Part shown: one piece after another, positions 13,292 through 24,858 of the stretch | How positions within the stretch are numbered: position 1 is the stretch's first letter | Layout: every line of letters starts with the position of its first letter | NCBI GenBank assembly: GCA_964016885.1 | Contig: OZ024760.1 | Span: 2,852,001 to 2,916,000 of the forward strand | Direction: 5' to 3' | DNA from: Eledone cirrhosa | Taxonomy: Eukaryota | Length of the DNA: 64,000 bases | The notes under the pieces: model-generated | What the model saw: only the letters and a program-made list of their open reading frames with translations | Told to the model about the DNA's origin: nothing | The model's database searches: none | Program-made: the position numbers and the translations under genes

Positions 13292-13665
13292 ATCATCCTC
13301 ATCATCATCGTTTAACGTCCATTTTCCATGCTAGCATGGGTTAGACAGTTCAACCCATTTGATGTAAGTTGGGTCAGGTGACCGTGTCTTACTCATATGG
13401 GACTGTTTCTGGCTAGGTTTCTATGGTTGGATGCCCTTCCTAATGCCAACAACATTTACAGTGTGGACTGGGTGCTTTTTGTTGTAACACCTACTCGACC
13501 ACTTTACAGTGTGGGCTGGGCGTTTTTTGTCATGACACCTACACAACCACTTTACAGTGTGGACTGAGTGCTTTTTGTCATGACACCTCGACCACTTTAC
13601 AGTGTGGGCTGGGTGTTTTTTGTCATGACACCTACACAACCACCTTACAGTGTGGGCTGGATATT
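13292..13665 (-). mobile_element. SINE family E with ~4 internal ~48-bp repeats
   Basis: Same tail and core as 11060-11662. Confidence 0.75.
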
Positions 13666-13669
13666 CCAT

Positions 13670-14015
13670 CATAATTTTCTGTAAAACTTTAAGTTATGCT
13701 CCAAACACCAGCTTAATAATAAAAAAATTAGATATTTTACTAAATCCCTCCAATTAGTAGATTATTTTTAAAGTTATTTGAAAATCATAAGTAGTGTCTT
13801 TCATTAGAAATATAATAATGAAAGGGTTAAATTGTTTATATTTATCTAAAAACATTCCAATATAATTTTTTGTAAGAACCTTTGTTAAATTATGTCCAAA
13901 CACCAGCTTAATAATGAGAAAGTTATTTTACTAAATTCCTCCAAATAATTATATTCAAAATTATTCGAAAATCATAGGCAGTATCTTTCATTAGAAATAT
14001 AGTAATGAAAGGGTT
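13670..14015 (-). mobile_element. Two tandem MITE family C left-end fragments
   Basis: Both end in TCTTTCATTAGAAATAT..TAATGAAAGGGTT, the reverse complement of the 48-bp satellite unit. Confidence 0.7.
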
Positions 14016-14092
14016 GAACCCATTTGTCAATAGTCTTTATGTTGTGTTTTATATTTTATTAATTACATTAGCTTTATTTTAAATACATTATC

Positions 14093-17000
14093 TGAAAGCT
14101 GTAGTGTCACTATAACAGGATAAATGAAAGCTGTAGTCACTATAACAGGATAAATGAAAGCTGTAGTCACTATAACAGGATAAATGAAAGCTGTAGTGAC
14201 TATAACTGGATAAATGAAAGCTGTAGTGACTATAACTGGATAAATGAAAGCTGTAGTGACTATAACTGGATAAATGAAAGCTGTAGTGACTATAACAGGA
14301 TAAATGAAGCTGTAGTGACTATAACAGGATAAATGAAAGCTGTAGTGACTATAACAGGACAAATGAAAGCTGTAGTGACTATAACAGGACAAATGAAAGC
14401 TGTAGTGACTATAACTGGATAAATGAAAGCTGTAGTGACTATAACAGGATAAATGAAAGCTGTAGTGACTATAACAGGATAAATGAAAGCTGTAGTGACT
14501 ATAACAGGATAAATGAAAGCTGTAGTGACTATAACTGGATAAATGAAAGCTGTAGTGACTATAACAGGATAAATGAAAGCTGTAGTGACTATAACAGGAC
14601 AAATGAAAGCTGTAGTGACTATAACTGGATAAATGAAAGCTGTAGTGACTATAACAGGATAAATGAAAGCTGTAGTGACTATAACAGGATAAATGAAAGC
14701 TGTAGTGACTATAACTGGATAAATGAAAGCTGTAGTGACTATAACAGGACAAATGAAAGCTGTAGTGACTATAACTGGATAAATGAAAGCTGTAGTGACT
14801 ATAACAGGATAAATGAAAGCTGTAGTGACTATAACAGGATAAATGAAAGCTGTAGTGACTATAACTGGATAAATGAAAGCTGTAGTGACTATAACAGGAT
14901 AAATGAAAGCTGTAGTGACTATAACAGGATAAATGAAAGCTGTAGTGACTATAACTGGATAAATGAAAGCTGTAGTGACTATAACTGGACAAATGAAAGC
15001 TGTAGTGACTATAACTGGACAAATGAAAGCTGTAGTGACTATAACTGGACAAATGAAAGCTGTAGTGACTATAACTGGACAAATGAAAGCTGTAGTGACT
15101 ATAACTGGACAAATGAAAGCTGTAGTGACTATAACTGGATAAATGAAAGCTGTAGTGACTATAACAGGACAAATGAAAGCTGTAGTGACTATAACTGGAT
15201 AAATGAAAGCTGTAGTGACTATAACTGGACAAATGAAAGCTGTAGTGACTATAACAGGATAAATGAAAGCTGTAGTGACTATAACAGGACAAATGAAAGC
15301 TGTAGTGACTATAACAGGACAAATGAAAGCTGTAGTGACTATAACTGGATAAATGAAAGCTGTAATGACTATAACTGGATAAATGAAAGCTGTAGTGACT
15401 ATAACAGGATAAATGAAAGCTGTAGTGACTATAACAGGATAAATGAAAGCTGTAGTGACTATAACTGGATAAATGAAAGCTGTAGTGACTATAACTGGAT
15501 AAATGAAAGCTGTAGTGACTATAACAGGACAAATGAAAGCTGTAGTGACTATAACTGGATAAATGAAAGCTGTAGTGACTATAACTGGATAAATGAAAGC
15601 TGTAGTGACTATAACTGGATAAATGAAAGCTGTAATGACTATAACTGGATAAATGAAAGCTGTAGTGACTATAACAGGATAAATGAAAGCTGTAGTGACT
15701 ATAACAGGATAAATGAAAGCTGTAGTGACTATAACTGGATAAATGAAAGCTGTAGTGACTATAACTGGATAAATGAAAGCTGTAGTGACTATAACAGGAC
15801 AAATGAAAGCTGTAGTGACTATAACTGGATAAATGAAAGCTGTAGTGACTATAACTGGATAAATGAAAGCTGTAGTGACTATAACTGGATAAATGAAAGC
15901 TGTAATGACTATAACTGGATAAATGAAAGCTGTAATGACTATAACAGGATAAATGAAAGCTGTAGTGACTATAACAGGACAAATGAAAGCTGTAGTGACT
16001 ATAACTGGATAAATGAAAGCTGTAGTGACTATAACAGGATAAATGAAAGCTGTAGTGACTATAACAGGATAAATGAAAGCTGTAGTGACTATTACTGGAT
16101 AAATGAAAGCTGTAGTGACTATAACAGGATAAATGAAAGCTGTAGTGACTATAACAGGACAAATGAAAGCTGTAGTGACTATAACTGGATAAATGAAAGC
16201 TGTAGTGACTATAACAGGACAAATGAAAGCTGTAGTGACTATAACTGGATAAATGAAAGCTGTAGTGACTATAACAGGATAAATGAAAGCTGTAGTGACT
16301 ATAACTGGATAAATGAAAGCTGTAGTGACTATAACTGGATAAATGAAAGCTGTAGTGACTATAACAGGATAAATGAAAGCTGTAGTGACTATAACTGGAT
16401 AAATGAAAGCTGTAGTGACTATAACTGGATAAATGAAAGCTGTAGTGACTATAACTGGATAAATGAAAGCTGTAGTGACTATAACTGGATAAATGAAAGC
16501 TGTAATGACTATAACTGGATAAATGAAAGCTGTAGTGACTATAACAGGATAAATGAAAGCTGTAGTGACTATAACAGGATAAATGAAAGCTGTAGTGACT
16601 ATAACAGGATAAATGAAAGCTGTAGTGACTATAACAGGACAAATGAAAGCTGTAGTGACTATAACTGGATAAATGAAAGCTGTAATGACTATAACAGGAT
16701 AAATGAAAGCTGTAGTGACTATAACAGGACAAATGAAAGCTGTAGTGACTATAACTGGATAAATGAAAGCTGTAGTGACTATAACAGGATAAATGAAAGC
16801 TGTAGTGACTATAACTGGATAAATGAAAGCTGTAGTGACTATAACTGGATAAATGAAAGCTGTAGTGACTATAACAGGATAAATGAAAGCTGTAGTGACT
16901 ATAACTGGATAAATGAAAGCTGTAGTGACTATAACTGGATAAATGAAAGCTGTAGTGACTATAACTGGATAAATGAAAGCTGTAGTGACTATAACTGGAT

Positions 17001-17174
17001 AAATGAAAGCTGTAATGACTATAACTGGATAAATGAAAGCTGTAGTGACTGTAACAGGATAAATGAAAGCTGTAGTGACTATAACTGGATAAATGAAAGC
17101 TGTAATGACTATAACTGGATAAATGAAAGCTGTAGTGACTATAACAGGATAAATGAAAGCTGTAGTGACTATAA
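14093..17174. repeat. 30-bp satellite, left part (~103 copies)
   Basis: Unit AAATGAAAGCTGTA(G/A)TGACTATAAC(A/T)GGA(T/C). Confidence 0.97.
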
Positions 17175-18790
17175 AAAAAAAAAAAAAAATAAAAAAATAA
17201 ACGCAACCATGCCTCTCCTGGTCTTGATGGTGTTACGTACCTGCTTCTTAAACGTGGTGGGTACTTCCTTCTACGCCAGTTATCACGCTTCTTCCAATTC
17301 TGTCTGAACAACAGTGCTACTCCAGAACAGTGGAAAACTGCCAGTGTAATTCCTCTGTTCAAAAAGGGTGACCGCACATCACCTGTGAACTATCGTCCAG
17401 TCAGTCTTACTAGTTGCATCGCCAAACTGATGGAATCCTGTGTCAGAGAAACACTTTGGAACTTCTGGAGCTCTCACAGTCTTATCCGGCCTTCGCAATT
17501 TGGATTTATCCCCAACTCCAGCTGCTGTGATCAACTTATAGAGTTTCTTGAGGACATCACCCGGATCACTGATGGCGGCTCATGGGTGGATGTTGTTTAC
17601 CTTGACTTTGCGAAGGCCTTCAATTCTGTGCCGCACAAAAGGCTTATGGCAAAACTCTCTGCAATGGGTGTGAAGGATGATCTTTTTAACTGGTTGAAGT
17701 CCTTCATTCTCAGTCGAAGAGAGGTAGTCACGGTTCTGGGACAGCATTCCTCACCATATGAGATGTCATCTGGTGTACCTCAGGGATCTGTTCTTGGCCC
17801 CCTTTTGTTTGTGGCATATATTAATGACATAGATGCCAACTTAAGGAATGCCACAGTACTAAAGTACGCAGACGACATCAAGCTGTACCTTGAGATAAAA
17901 AGGACAGATCCTGAACACTATAGATCTTGCTTGCAGTCTGACCTGGACACAATGCAACAGTGGATCTCAGACTGGCAACTCAAGCTAGCTGTGGACAAGT
18001 GCACCACCATGCATTTTGGGAGTAAAAACCCAGCGTCCACATATTCCCTCCACAGCACTAATATCAAGAAGTCTTCCTGTGAACGTGACCTGGGCATTAC
18101 GGTCAGCAGCGATTTGCGTTGGACGAGGCACGTCTCTAAAATTGTCAAGAGGGCCGAGGGTGTCTTAGCATCACTCAGCAAGACCTTTGTCAGCCGCTCT
18201 CCAGATATCTATTTAAGGCTGTATACAGCTATGGTGCGACCACACTTAGAATTTGCATCACCAGTCTGGAACCCCTATCTTGCTCAGGACATTGACCGCC
18301 TGGAAACTGTTCAGAGACGTGCAACCAAGCGAATACCCTCCATCAGGCATCTACCATACTCTGATCGCCTTGCTTCCCTGGGCATGGATTCATTGAAGCT
18401 CCGACGCCTGGCAACTGACTTGGTAAACACCCACAAAATTGTTAACCATGTTGCCAACAACAACCCTGAGTGCCTTTTCGATTTCCATGTGTCTAACACA
18501 CGTGGACATGCCCACAAAGTAAGAAAACAGCACAGTTCCCATGACTTTCGGAAACATTTTTTCACGCTCAGAGTTGCTGAAGCATGGAACAAACTACCTG
18601 CATCAGTTGTTAGCTGTCGAGACGCTGCATCCTTTAAGGCCTCCATGCTTCCCGAGATCCGCCAACACTACAGCTAACACATACAAACATGTACTTCCCT
18701 GGCATTTGTTTATTATTCTATGTACTATATTGACGAGTTGTAGTGCACCTGAGCACTTTACACAATAATTTCATTATTATTATTATTATT
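17175..18790 (+). mobile_element. 5'-truncated CR1-like LINE inserted in the satellite
   Basis: RT ORF, short 3' UTR and (ATT)n tail at 18773-18790; (T)ATAA duplicated at both junctions; A-rich stretch at the 5' junction. Confidence 0.93.
17199..18677 (+). CDS. Non-LTR retrotransposon ORF2 reverse transcriptase domain and C-terminus (5'-truncated)
   Basis: Frame is open from ~17199: SPGLDG, WKTASVIPLFKKG, NYRPVSLTS, QFGF, YLDFAKAF, GVPQGSVLGPLLF, YADD, RPHLEFASPVWNP, TRGH, FFTLRVAEAWNKLP; no stops or frameshifts. Confidence 0.93.
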   Translation, partial: KRNHASPGLDGVTYLLLKRGGYFLLRQLSRFFQFCLNNSATPEQWKTASVIPLFKKGDRTSPVNYRPVSLTSCIAKLMESCVRETLWNFWSSHSLIRPSQFGFIPNSSCCDQLIEFLEDITRITDGGSWVDVVYLDFAKAFNSVPHKRLMAKLSAMGVKDDLFNWLKSFILSRREVVTVLGQHSSPYEMSSGVPQGSVLGPLLFVAYINDIDANLRNATVLKYADDIKLYLEIKRTDPEHYRSCLQSDLDTMQQWISDWQLKLAVDKCTTMHFGSKNPASTYSLHSTNIKKSSCERDLGITVSSDLRWTRHVSKIVKRAEGVLASLSKTFVSRSPDIYLRLYTAMVRPHLEFASPVWNPYLAQDIDRLETVQRRATKRIPSIRHLPYSDRLASLGMDSLKLRRLATDLVNTHKIVNHVANNNPECLFDFHVSNTRGHAHKVRKQHSSHDFRKHFFTLRVAEAWNKLPASVVSCRDAASFKASMLPEIRQHYS

Positions 18791-19607
18791 ATAACAGGAT
18801 AAATGAAAGCTGTAGTGACTATAACAGGATAAATGAAAGCTGTAGTGACTATAACTGGATAAATGAAAGCTGTAATGACTATAACTGGATAAATGAAAGC
18901 TGTAGTGACTATAACAGGATAAATGAAAGCTGTAGTGACTATAACTGGATAAATGAAAGCTGTAATGACTATAACTGGATAAATGAAAGCTGTAGTGACT
19001 ATAACAGGATAAATGAAAGCTGTAGTGACTATAACAGGATAAATGAAAGCTGTAGTGACTATAACTGGATAAATGAAAGCTGTAGTGACTATAACTGGAT
19101 AAATGAAAGCTGTAGTGACTATAACAGGACAAATGAAAGCTGTAGTGACTATAACTGGATAAATGAAAGCTGTAGTGACTATAACAGGATAAATGAAAGC
19201 TGTAGTGACTATAACTGGATAAATGAAAGCTGTAATGACTATAACTGGATAAATGAAAGCTGTAGTGACTATAACAGGATAAATGAAAGCTGTAGTGACT
19301 ATAACAGGACAAATGAAAGCTGTAGTGACTATAACTGGACAAATGAAAGCTGTAGTGACTATAACTGGATAAATGAAAGCTGTAGTGACTATAACAGGAT
19401 AAATGAAAGCTGTAGTGACTATAACTGGATAAATGAAAGCTGTAATGACTATAACTGGATAAATGAAAGCTGTAGTGACTATAACTGGATAAATGAAAGC
19501 TGTAGTGACTATAACTGGATAAATGAAAGCTGTAGTGGCTATAACAGGATAAATGAAAGCTGTAGTGACTATAACAGGATAAATGAAAGCTGTAGTGGCG
19601 ATAACAG
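18790..19607. repeat. 30-bp satellite, right part (~27 copies)
   Basis: Same unit resumes in register after the LINE tail. Confidence 0.97.
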
Positions 19608-20094
19608 AAGATGAATCAATGCAGGTATTTGTTTAAACATCTTTTATTCAACTGTGTTGAGATAATGGAAGATTGTTTAGATCTCATGTAGGTTTGTATA
19701 GTGGTCATAACTGAATGGAGTGAGGACAAATACTTTTCACTTTGACCAAGCCTGCATTGATATTTTGAAGATATATTTAAAGAGGACTGTGAGGATAGAA
19801 AAGGAGGTTTTCCCCTCCAGTGAATTTATACAAATGTTGTTGTTGGTCCTCAGGTCATCAAAGAGCTAGTAGACCTATAATCAAAGATATTCTTGCTATG
19901 AATATCCCTCTTGTTTTTATTGTGTTAGGAAGTTAATGGAAAAGTATCTATGGAAAGTATGAAAGCTGCCAGGCTTTAACCCATTCAGGACCAGATTTTT
20001 AATGAACGACAGCATTTCACATAATAAATGAAGAGCTTGGAAGGATTTACTAAATTAATAAAAAATAGTATTTATAACATAACTTAACAAACGG

Positions 20095-20250
20095 TTAGCT
20101 TAGTGGTTAGAGAATTGGATTCACAATCGTGAGGTTGTGAGTTCGATTCCCAGACCGGGGCAGTGCGTTATAACCTTCAACAAAACACTTTATTTCACTG
20201 GCAGATAGTATCAGCAATAGAAAGACCAATGGAAACATTATTTTCTTAAG
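20095..20250 (+). mobile_element. tRNA-derived SINE head, family D
   Basis: TAGCTTAGTGGTTAGAG (A box) ... GAGTTCGATTCCC (B box); copies at 50650-50770 (+), 27050-27185 (-) and 32770-32925 (-). Confidence 0.7.
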
Positions 20251-20519
20251 TGGTGGAACATCGGACAACATGCTTTATGAAATAGAGTTACGGCCCTTTA
20301 CGTTCTGAGTTCAATTCCTGCTTTGCCTTTCATTCTTATGTGGTTGATAAAATTACGCACCAGTAACGCACTGGGGTCGATATAATTGACTTTCGCCTCC
20401 CCCCCAAAATTGCTGGCCTTGTGCCTAAATCAGAAACCATTATTATTATTATAGGTTTCACAACTGCCAAGATGGCAGTCCACCCCACTCGGCAAGCATG
20501 AAAGGCAAAGCTAACCTCA

Positions 20520-20888
20520 CTTAATTAGAGGCTTTACCTCACATAATTTCGAATCTATTACACTTTGATATTATTTATTTTGAGAACGGTGGATTGGCAG
20601 TATCGGTAGAAGGTCGGACGCCATGTTTTCCAGCATAGTTACGTCCCTTTACGATCTGAGTTCAAATCCCGCCGAGGTTGACTTTGCCTTTCATCCTTAC
20701 GGGGTCGATAAAATAAAGTACCAGTAATGCACTGGGTATTTGCTGGCCTTGTGCCTAAAGTAGAAACAATTATTTATTTTGATAACAGTACTTTAACATC
20801 AGTAGGAGTGGCCAGTTATGACTGGTTTGAGCAGAAAGAGGTGAAAGAATTCTGGTCAGATAGGGCCAGTTTAGATGCTAAAGGGTTA
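20520..20888 (+). mobile_element. MITE B remnant carrying a nested SINE A (20590-20772)
   Basis: ATTATTTATTTTGA duplicated around the SINE; MITE right end GCTAAAGGG|TTAA. Confidence 0.7.
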
Positions 20889-21046
20889 AAATGGATGATT
20901 TTGTTTCATAGAGCTAGAACCAGTTATCAAGGATGGTATTGAAACAGCTAACCAGGGTTGAAGATTTTACAAGTATTTCCACAATCTTTTGCAACCAGTG
21001 CAAATCACACAAACAGCATGCACTTACTACTGCCATTCTTATTCTG

Positions 21047-21372
21047 GAGGATTGGCAGTATCGGTAGAGAGTCGGACACCATGCTTTGTAGCATAGAGAT
21101 ATGGCCCTTTACGTCCTGTGTTTAAATCCCGCCGAGGTTAGCTTTGCTTTTCATCCTTAAGGGGGTCGATAAAATAAAGTACCAGTAATGTAGGAAGACC
21201 ACGAAAATCATGGGTGGAGGTGGTGGGAGCTGACCTCAGATCACTGAAGTTCACGGCGGAGATGACGAAGGACCACGACGAATGGAGAGATGCTGGGCTG
21301 AAAAGGACCTGTCCCACCCTTACAAGCAGGGAAAAGCAGTCGTAAAATGATGATGATGATGATGATGATGAT

Positions 21373-21414
<42 letters not shown>

Positions 21415-21450
21415 TAATTGCTGGCCTTGTACCGAAAGTAGAAACAATTA
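21047..21450 (+). mobile_element. SINE A interrupted by an RTE 3' fragment (21190-21412)
   Basis: Insert translates GRPRKSWVEVVGADLRSLKFTAEMTKDHDEWRDA and ends in a (GAT)n(GTA)n tail; the SINE tail resumes at ~21415. Confidence 0.7.
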
Positions 21451-21605
21451 TTCTATAAATTCTAATACGCTCACACTTCAACTTGAATTTTGATATAAAA
21501 CCTTGTTTAAGAGGACATGTTTATTCATTTGAGAATTTTGTTTTCATTCTATATATTTCTATCTTTTATGCATACACACAACCACGTGTAGTTATAAGTA
21601 TTTGT

Positions 21606-21648
<43 letters not shown>

Positions 21649-21787
21649 TTCATTTTTCTCTCTTATTTACATAAATAAATATGTAAACAGTCAACATCAA
21701 TCATTCCGCTATAACTTTAACTCTGATGAATTTTAATGGAATGAATTTTGTAATCTGTTTCCAGGTTAAATTTTCGTTTGGTTATCT

Positions 21788-21791
21788 TTTA

Positions 21792-21865
<74 letters not shown>

Positions 21866-22391
21866 CAAAAAAATATATATATATATATTTTAAAACAAAT
21901 ATATATATATATATTTTTTTTTTTTTTAAACAAAAAAAATATATATATATATTTTAAAACAAATATATATATATATATTTTTTTTTTTAAACAAATATAT
22001 ATATATATATATATTTAAACAAATATATATATATATATATATTTTTAAACAAATATATATATATATATATTTTTAAACAAATATATATATATATATATAT
22101 TTTTAAACAAATATATATATATATATATTTTTAAACAAATATATATATATATTTTTAAACAAATATATATATATATATATTTTTAAACAAATATATATAT
22201 ATATATATATATTTTTAAACAAATATATATATATATATATATTTTTAAACAAATATATATATATATATATTTTTAAACAAATATATATATATATATATAT
22301 TTTTAAACATATATATATATATATATTTTTTTAAACAAATATATATATATATATATATTTTTAAACAAATATATATATATATATATTTTTA

Positions 22392-22422
<31 letters not shown>

Positions 22423-22459
22423 TTTTAAACAAATATATATATATATATATTTTTTTTTA

Positions 22460-22495
<36 letters not shown>

Positions 22496-22620
22496 TAAAC
22501 AAATATATATATATATATATATTTTTAAACAAATATATATATATATATATATTTTTAAACAAATATATATATATATATATATTTTTAAACAAATATATAT
22601 ATATATATATTTTTTTTTTT
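21788..22620. repeat. Compound minisatellite [TTTTTAAACAA(AT)n]
   Basis: ~28 units with variable (AT)n length. Confidence 0.9.
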
Positions 22621-22647
22621 TAATTTAAATAATATATACATGATAAT

Positions 22648-22834
22648 AATTGTTTCTACTTTTGGCACAAGGCCAGCAATTACCCCAGTGTATTACTGGT
22701 ACTTTATTTTATCGACCCTGTAAGGATGAAAGGCAAAGTTAACCTCGGCGGGATTTCAACTCAGACCATAAAGAGCCGTAACTCTTTGCTGCAAAGCATG
22801 GTGTCCGACCCTTTACCGATACTGCCAATCCACC
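22648..22834 (-). mobile_element. SINE family A
   Basis: Full reverse-complement copy; ATGATAATAATT appears on both flanks (TSD-like). Confidence 0.85.
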
Positions 22835-22859
22835 ATGATAATAATTTTAGTAAATCAGT

Positions 22860-23202
22860 GTCTTCTTTCTTTCCTCTTCTTACCTCCTCTTCTTTCCTTT
22901 TCTTTCTTCTCCTTTCCTTCTTTCTTTCTCCTGCTTTCTTTTCTCTACTTTATTTCTTCCTTTTTCTTTCTTTCTTTCCTCTTTCCTTCTTTCTTTCCTC
23001 TTTCCTTCTTTCTTCCTTCTTTCCTTCTTTCTTCCTTCTTTATTTCTTTCTTTCCTTCTTTCTTTCTTCCTTCTTTATTTCTTTCTTTCCTTCTTTCTTT
23101 TCTCTCCTTCTTTATTTCTTTCTTTCTTTTTATTTATTTCTCTCTCTCTTTATTTATTTATTTCTTTTCTTTTCTTTTCTTTTCTTTTTCCCTTTCTTTC
23201 TT
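22860..23202. repeat. (CTTT)n-type low-complexity repeat
   Basis: Direct inspection. Confidence 0.85.
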
Positions 23203-23331
23203 GTGGAAGAAAAACATATCTGACGATGATGTAGGAGGAAATGAAATGCTGATGATACGGCAAAATAGATAAGTTTGTCATGAAACCCAGAAGACTCTGG
23301 AGTAGCAGTGAATATTATGTTACTGTATATA

Positions 23332-23470
23332 CACAGTGTAACCCCCCGTATTTGTGGTCCGGGTTATTCGCAGAATTTTCCTCAGAACCTAACTAATAAT
23401 TGTTCGTGGAAACCACCTCATATTCGTGGAATTGTAAATATCTTCCGCGATTTTTTTATGGCTTTTTTTG
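23332..23470 (+). mobile_element. Possible pogo/Tigger-like DNA transposon terminus
   Basis: CAGTGTAACCCCCCGTATTTGTGG with repeated TATTCG(C/T)GG-like submotifs; no partner TIR seen. Confidence 0.35.
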
Positions 23471-23754
23471 TGGCAATATCTCTTCTAAGGCGGATAAAAT
23501 TCCCGAGATCCATGGACAAGTTCTCTCCAGCGGTCTCTGTCCCCCATTATCGCTGCCATGTCCTGCGTCTCCAACAGACCAGTGTCTGTCCTTAGGGCAT
23601 CAACATACGTTAACCTTGCTTTTTAATGCTAAATTATTAATAACAATATACCATGTTTGCTGGATTTTGTCGTGACGCCTACACAACCACTTTACAGTGT
23701 GGGACAGATGTTTTGTAGTACCAACATAACATACACACACATATATATATATCA

Positions 23755-23789
<35 letters not shown>

Positions 23790-23830
23790 CATCATCATCG
23801 TTTAACGTCCATCTTCCATGCTAGCATGGG

Positions 23831-23871
<41 letters not shown>

Positions 23872-23911
23872 AAGAAATTAAAAGATGGTTAAAAAAGTTC
23901 CAAGTAGTTTA

Positions 23912-23971
23912 TTATGAGCATTTCAAAAACAAATATCATCCAGGGGCGATATTTGCGTTCTCATCAGATAA
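23912..23971 (-). ncRNA. Minimal type-I hammerhead ribozyme motif in a (TA)n-flanked insert (23870-24050)
   Basis: Minus strand: ttat-CTGATGA-gaacgcaaatatcg(cccctgga)tgatatttgttttt-GAAA-tgc-TC-ataa; both core boxes intact, stem II pairs, stem I is ttat/ataa. Confidence 0.6.
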
Positions 23972-24046
23972 AAGGATATAGGAGATTGCTACTTATCCGA
24001 TATTTGCAGTTCTTTATTGTGCTACAATAAAACTCACCTCCTACAT

Positions 24047-24096
<50 letters not shown>

Positions 24097-24579
24097 GATA
24101 TTTATATATTTAAAATGAAGAGAACCAAGGTTATCAAATTAAATCCATTTTTTAATATCTATGATCGTTTCTATACAGGTGTTAATGGTAAATATCTAAA
24201 CACCAAGTCAGTTGCAACCAGGTAATTAACAATTATAGCAAAAGAGCCTGTCTTTGGCGAGCACACCTTTTGCCACTGTAAATAAAGACCACTTCTCTCC
24301 TCAACATGGCCATCTTTAAATAGCCCCCGAACTCTGCTATTTTAGGGGAGAGCAAGATTTAAACTATATGTTGACATACTCCAGGAGCTAAACAACCTAT
24401 GTATCAGATTTGAACAAAATTGGATGGAAACTGGAAATGCATCGCCTGCATACAGACAGACATTTTTGTTTTTATAGATAAAACCTTCTTGGGAGATTAG
24501 CATGCAAGTGGCTGAGCATTCCCTGATATGATTCCTCTCACAACGTCAGGAGAACTCATCTAACATAGAAAAATGGACA

Positions 24580-24793
24580 TTAACCCTTTAGCATTTACAT
24601 TACTCTATATTTACTACTATATTGTCACAGTAAACACTTTAGCTCATAATATCGAATCTATGAGATTTTGGTATTATTTGTTTTGAGGACAATATCTTAA
24701 TATAAGTATGAGCAGCCAGTTACAACTGGTTTGAACAGAAAGAGGTGAGAGAATTCTGGCCGGATACAGCCGGTTTAAATGCTAAAAGGTTAA
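24580..24793 (+). mobile_element. piggyBac-type MITE, family B
   Basis: TTAA|CCCTTTAGCATTTAC ... TAAATGCTAAAAGG|TTAA, inside an RTE/SINE tail. Confidence 0.85.
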
Positions 24794-24858
24794 ACAGTGA
24801 TGATGGTGATGATGTCTTGTTCGAATATAAATCTGCAGAGTTTAGTTAATCAATATTA

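Noticed and set aside
14063-17377. 1104-aa minus-strand ORF (SYSHYSFHLS)n
   Set aside because: It consists of antisense LINE sequence plus the 30-bp satellite; openness follows from the unit sequence
17918-18646. Minus-strand ORFs within the LINE
   Set aside because: Antisense shadows of the RT coding frame
20095-20165. tRNA gene
   Set aside because: A and B boxes are present but the acceptor stem is not convincing, and the sequence continues into a multi-copy SINE body
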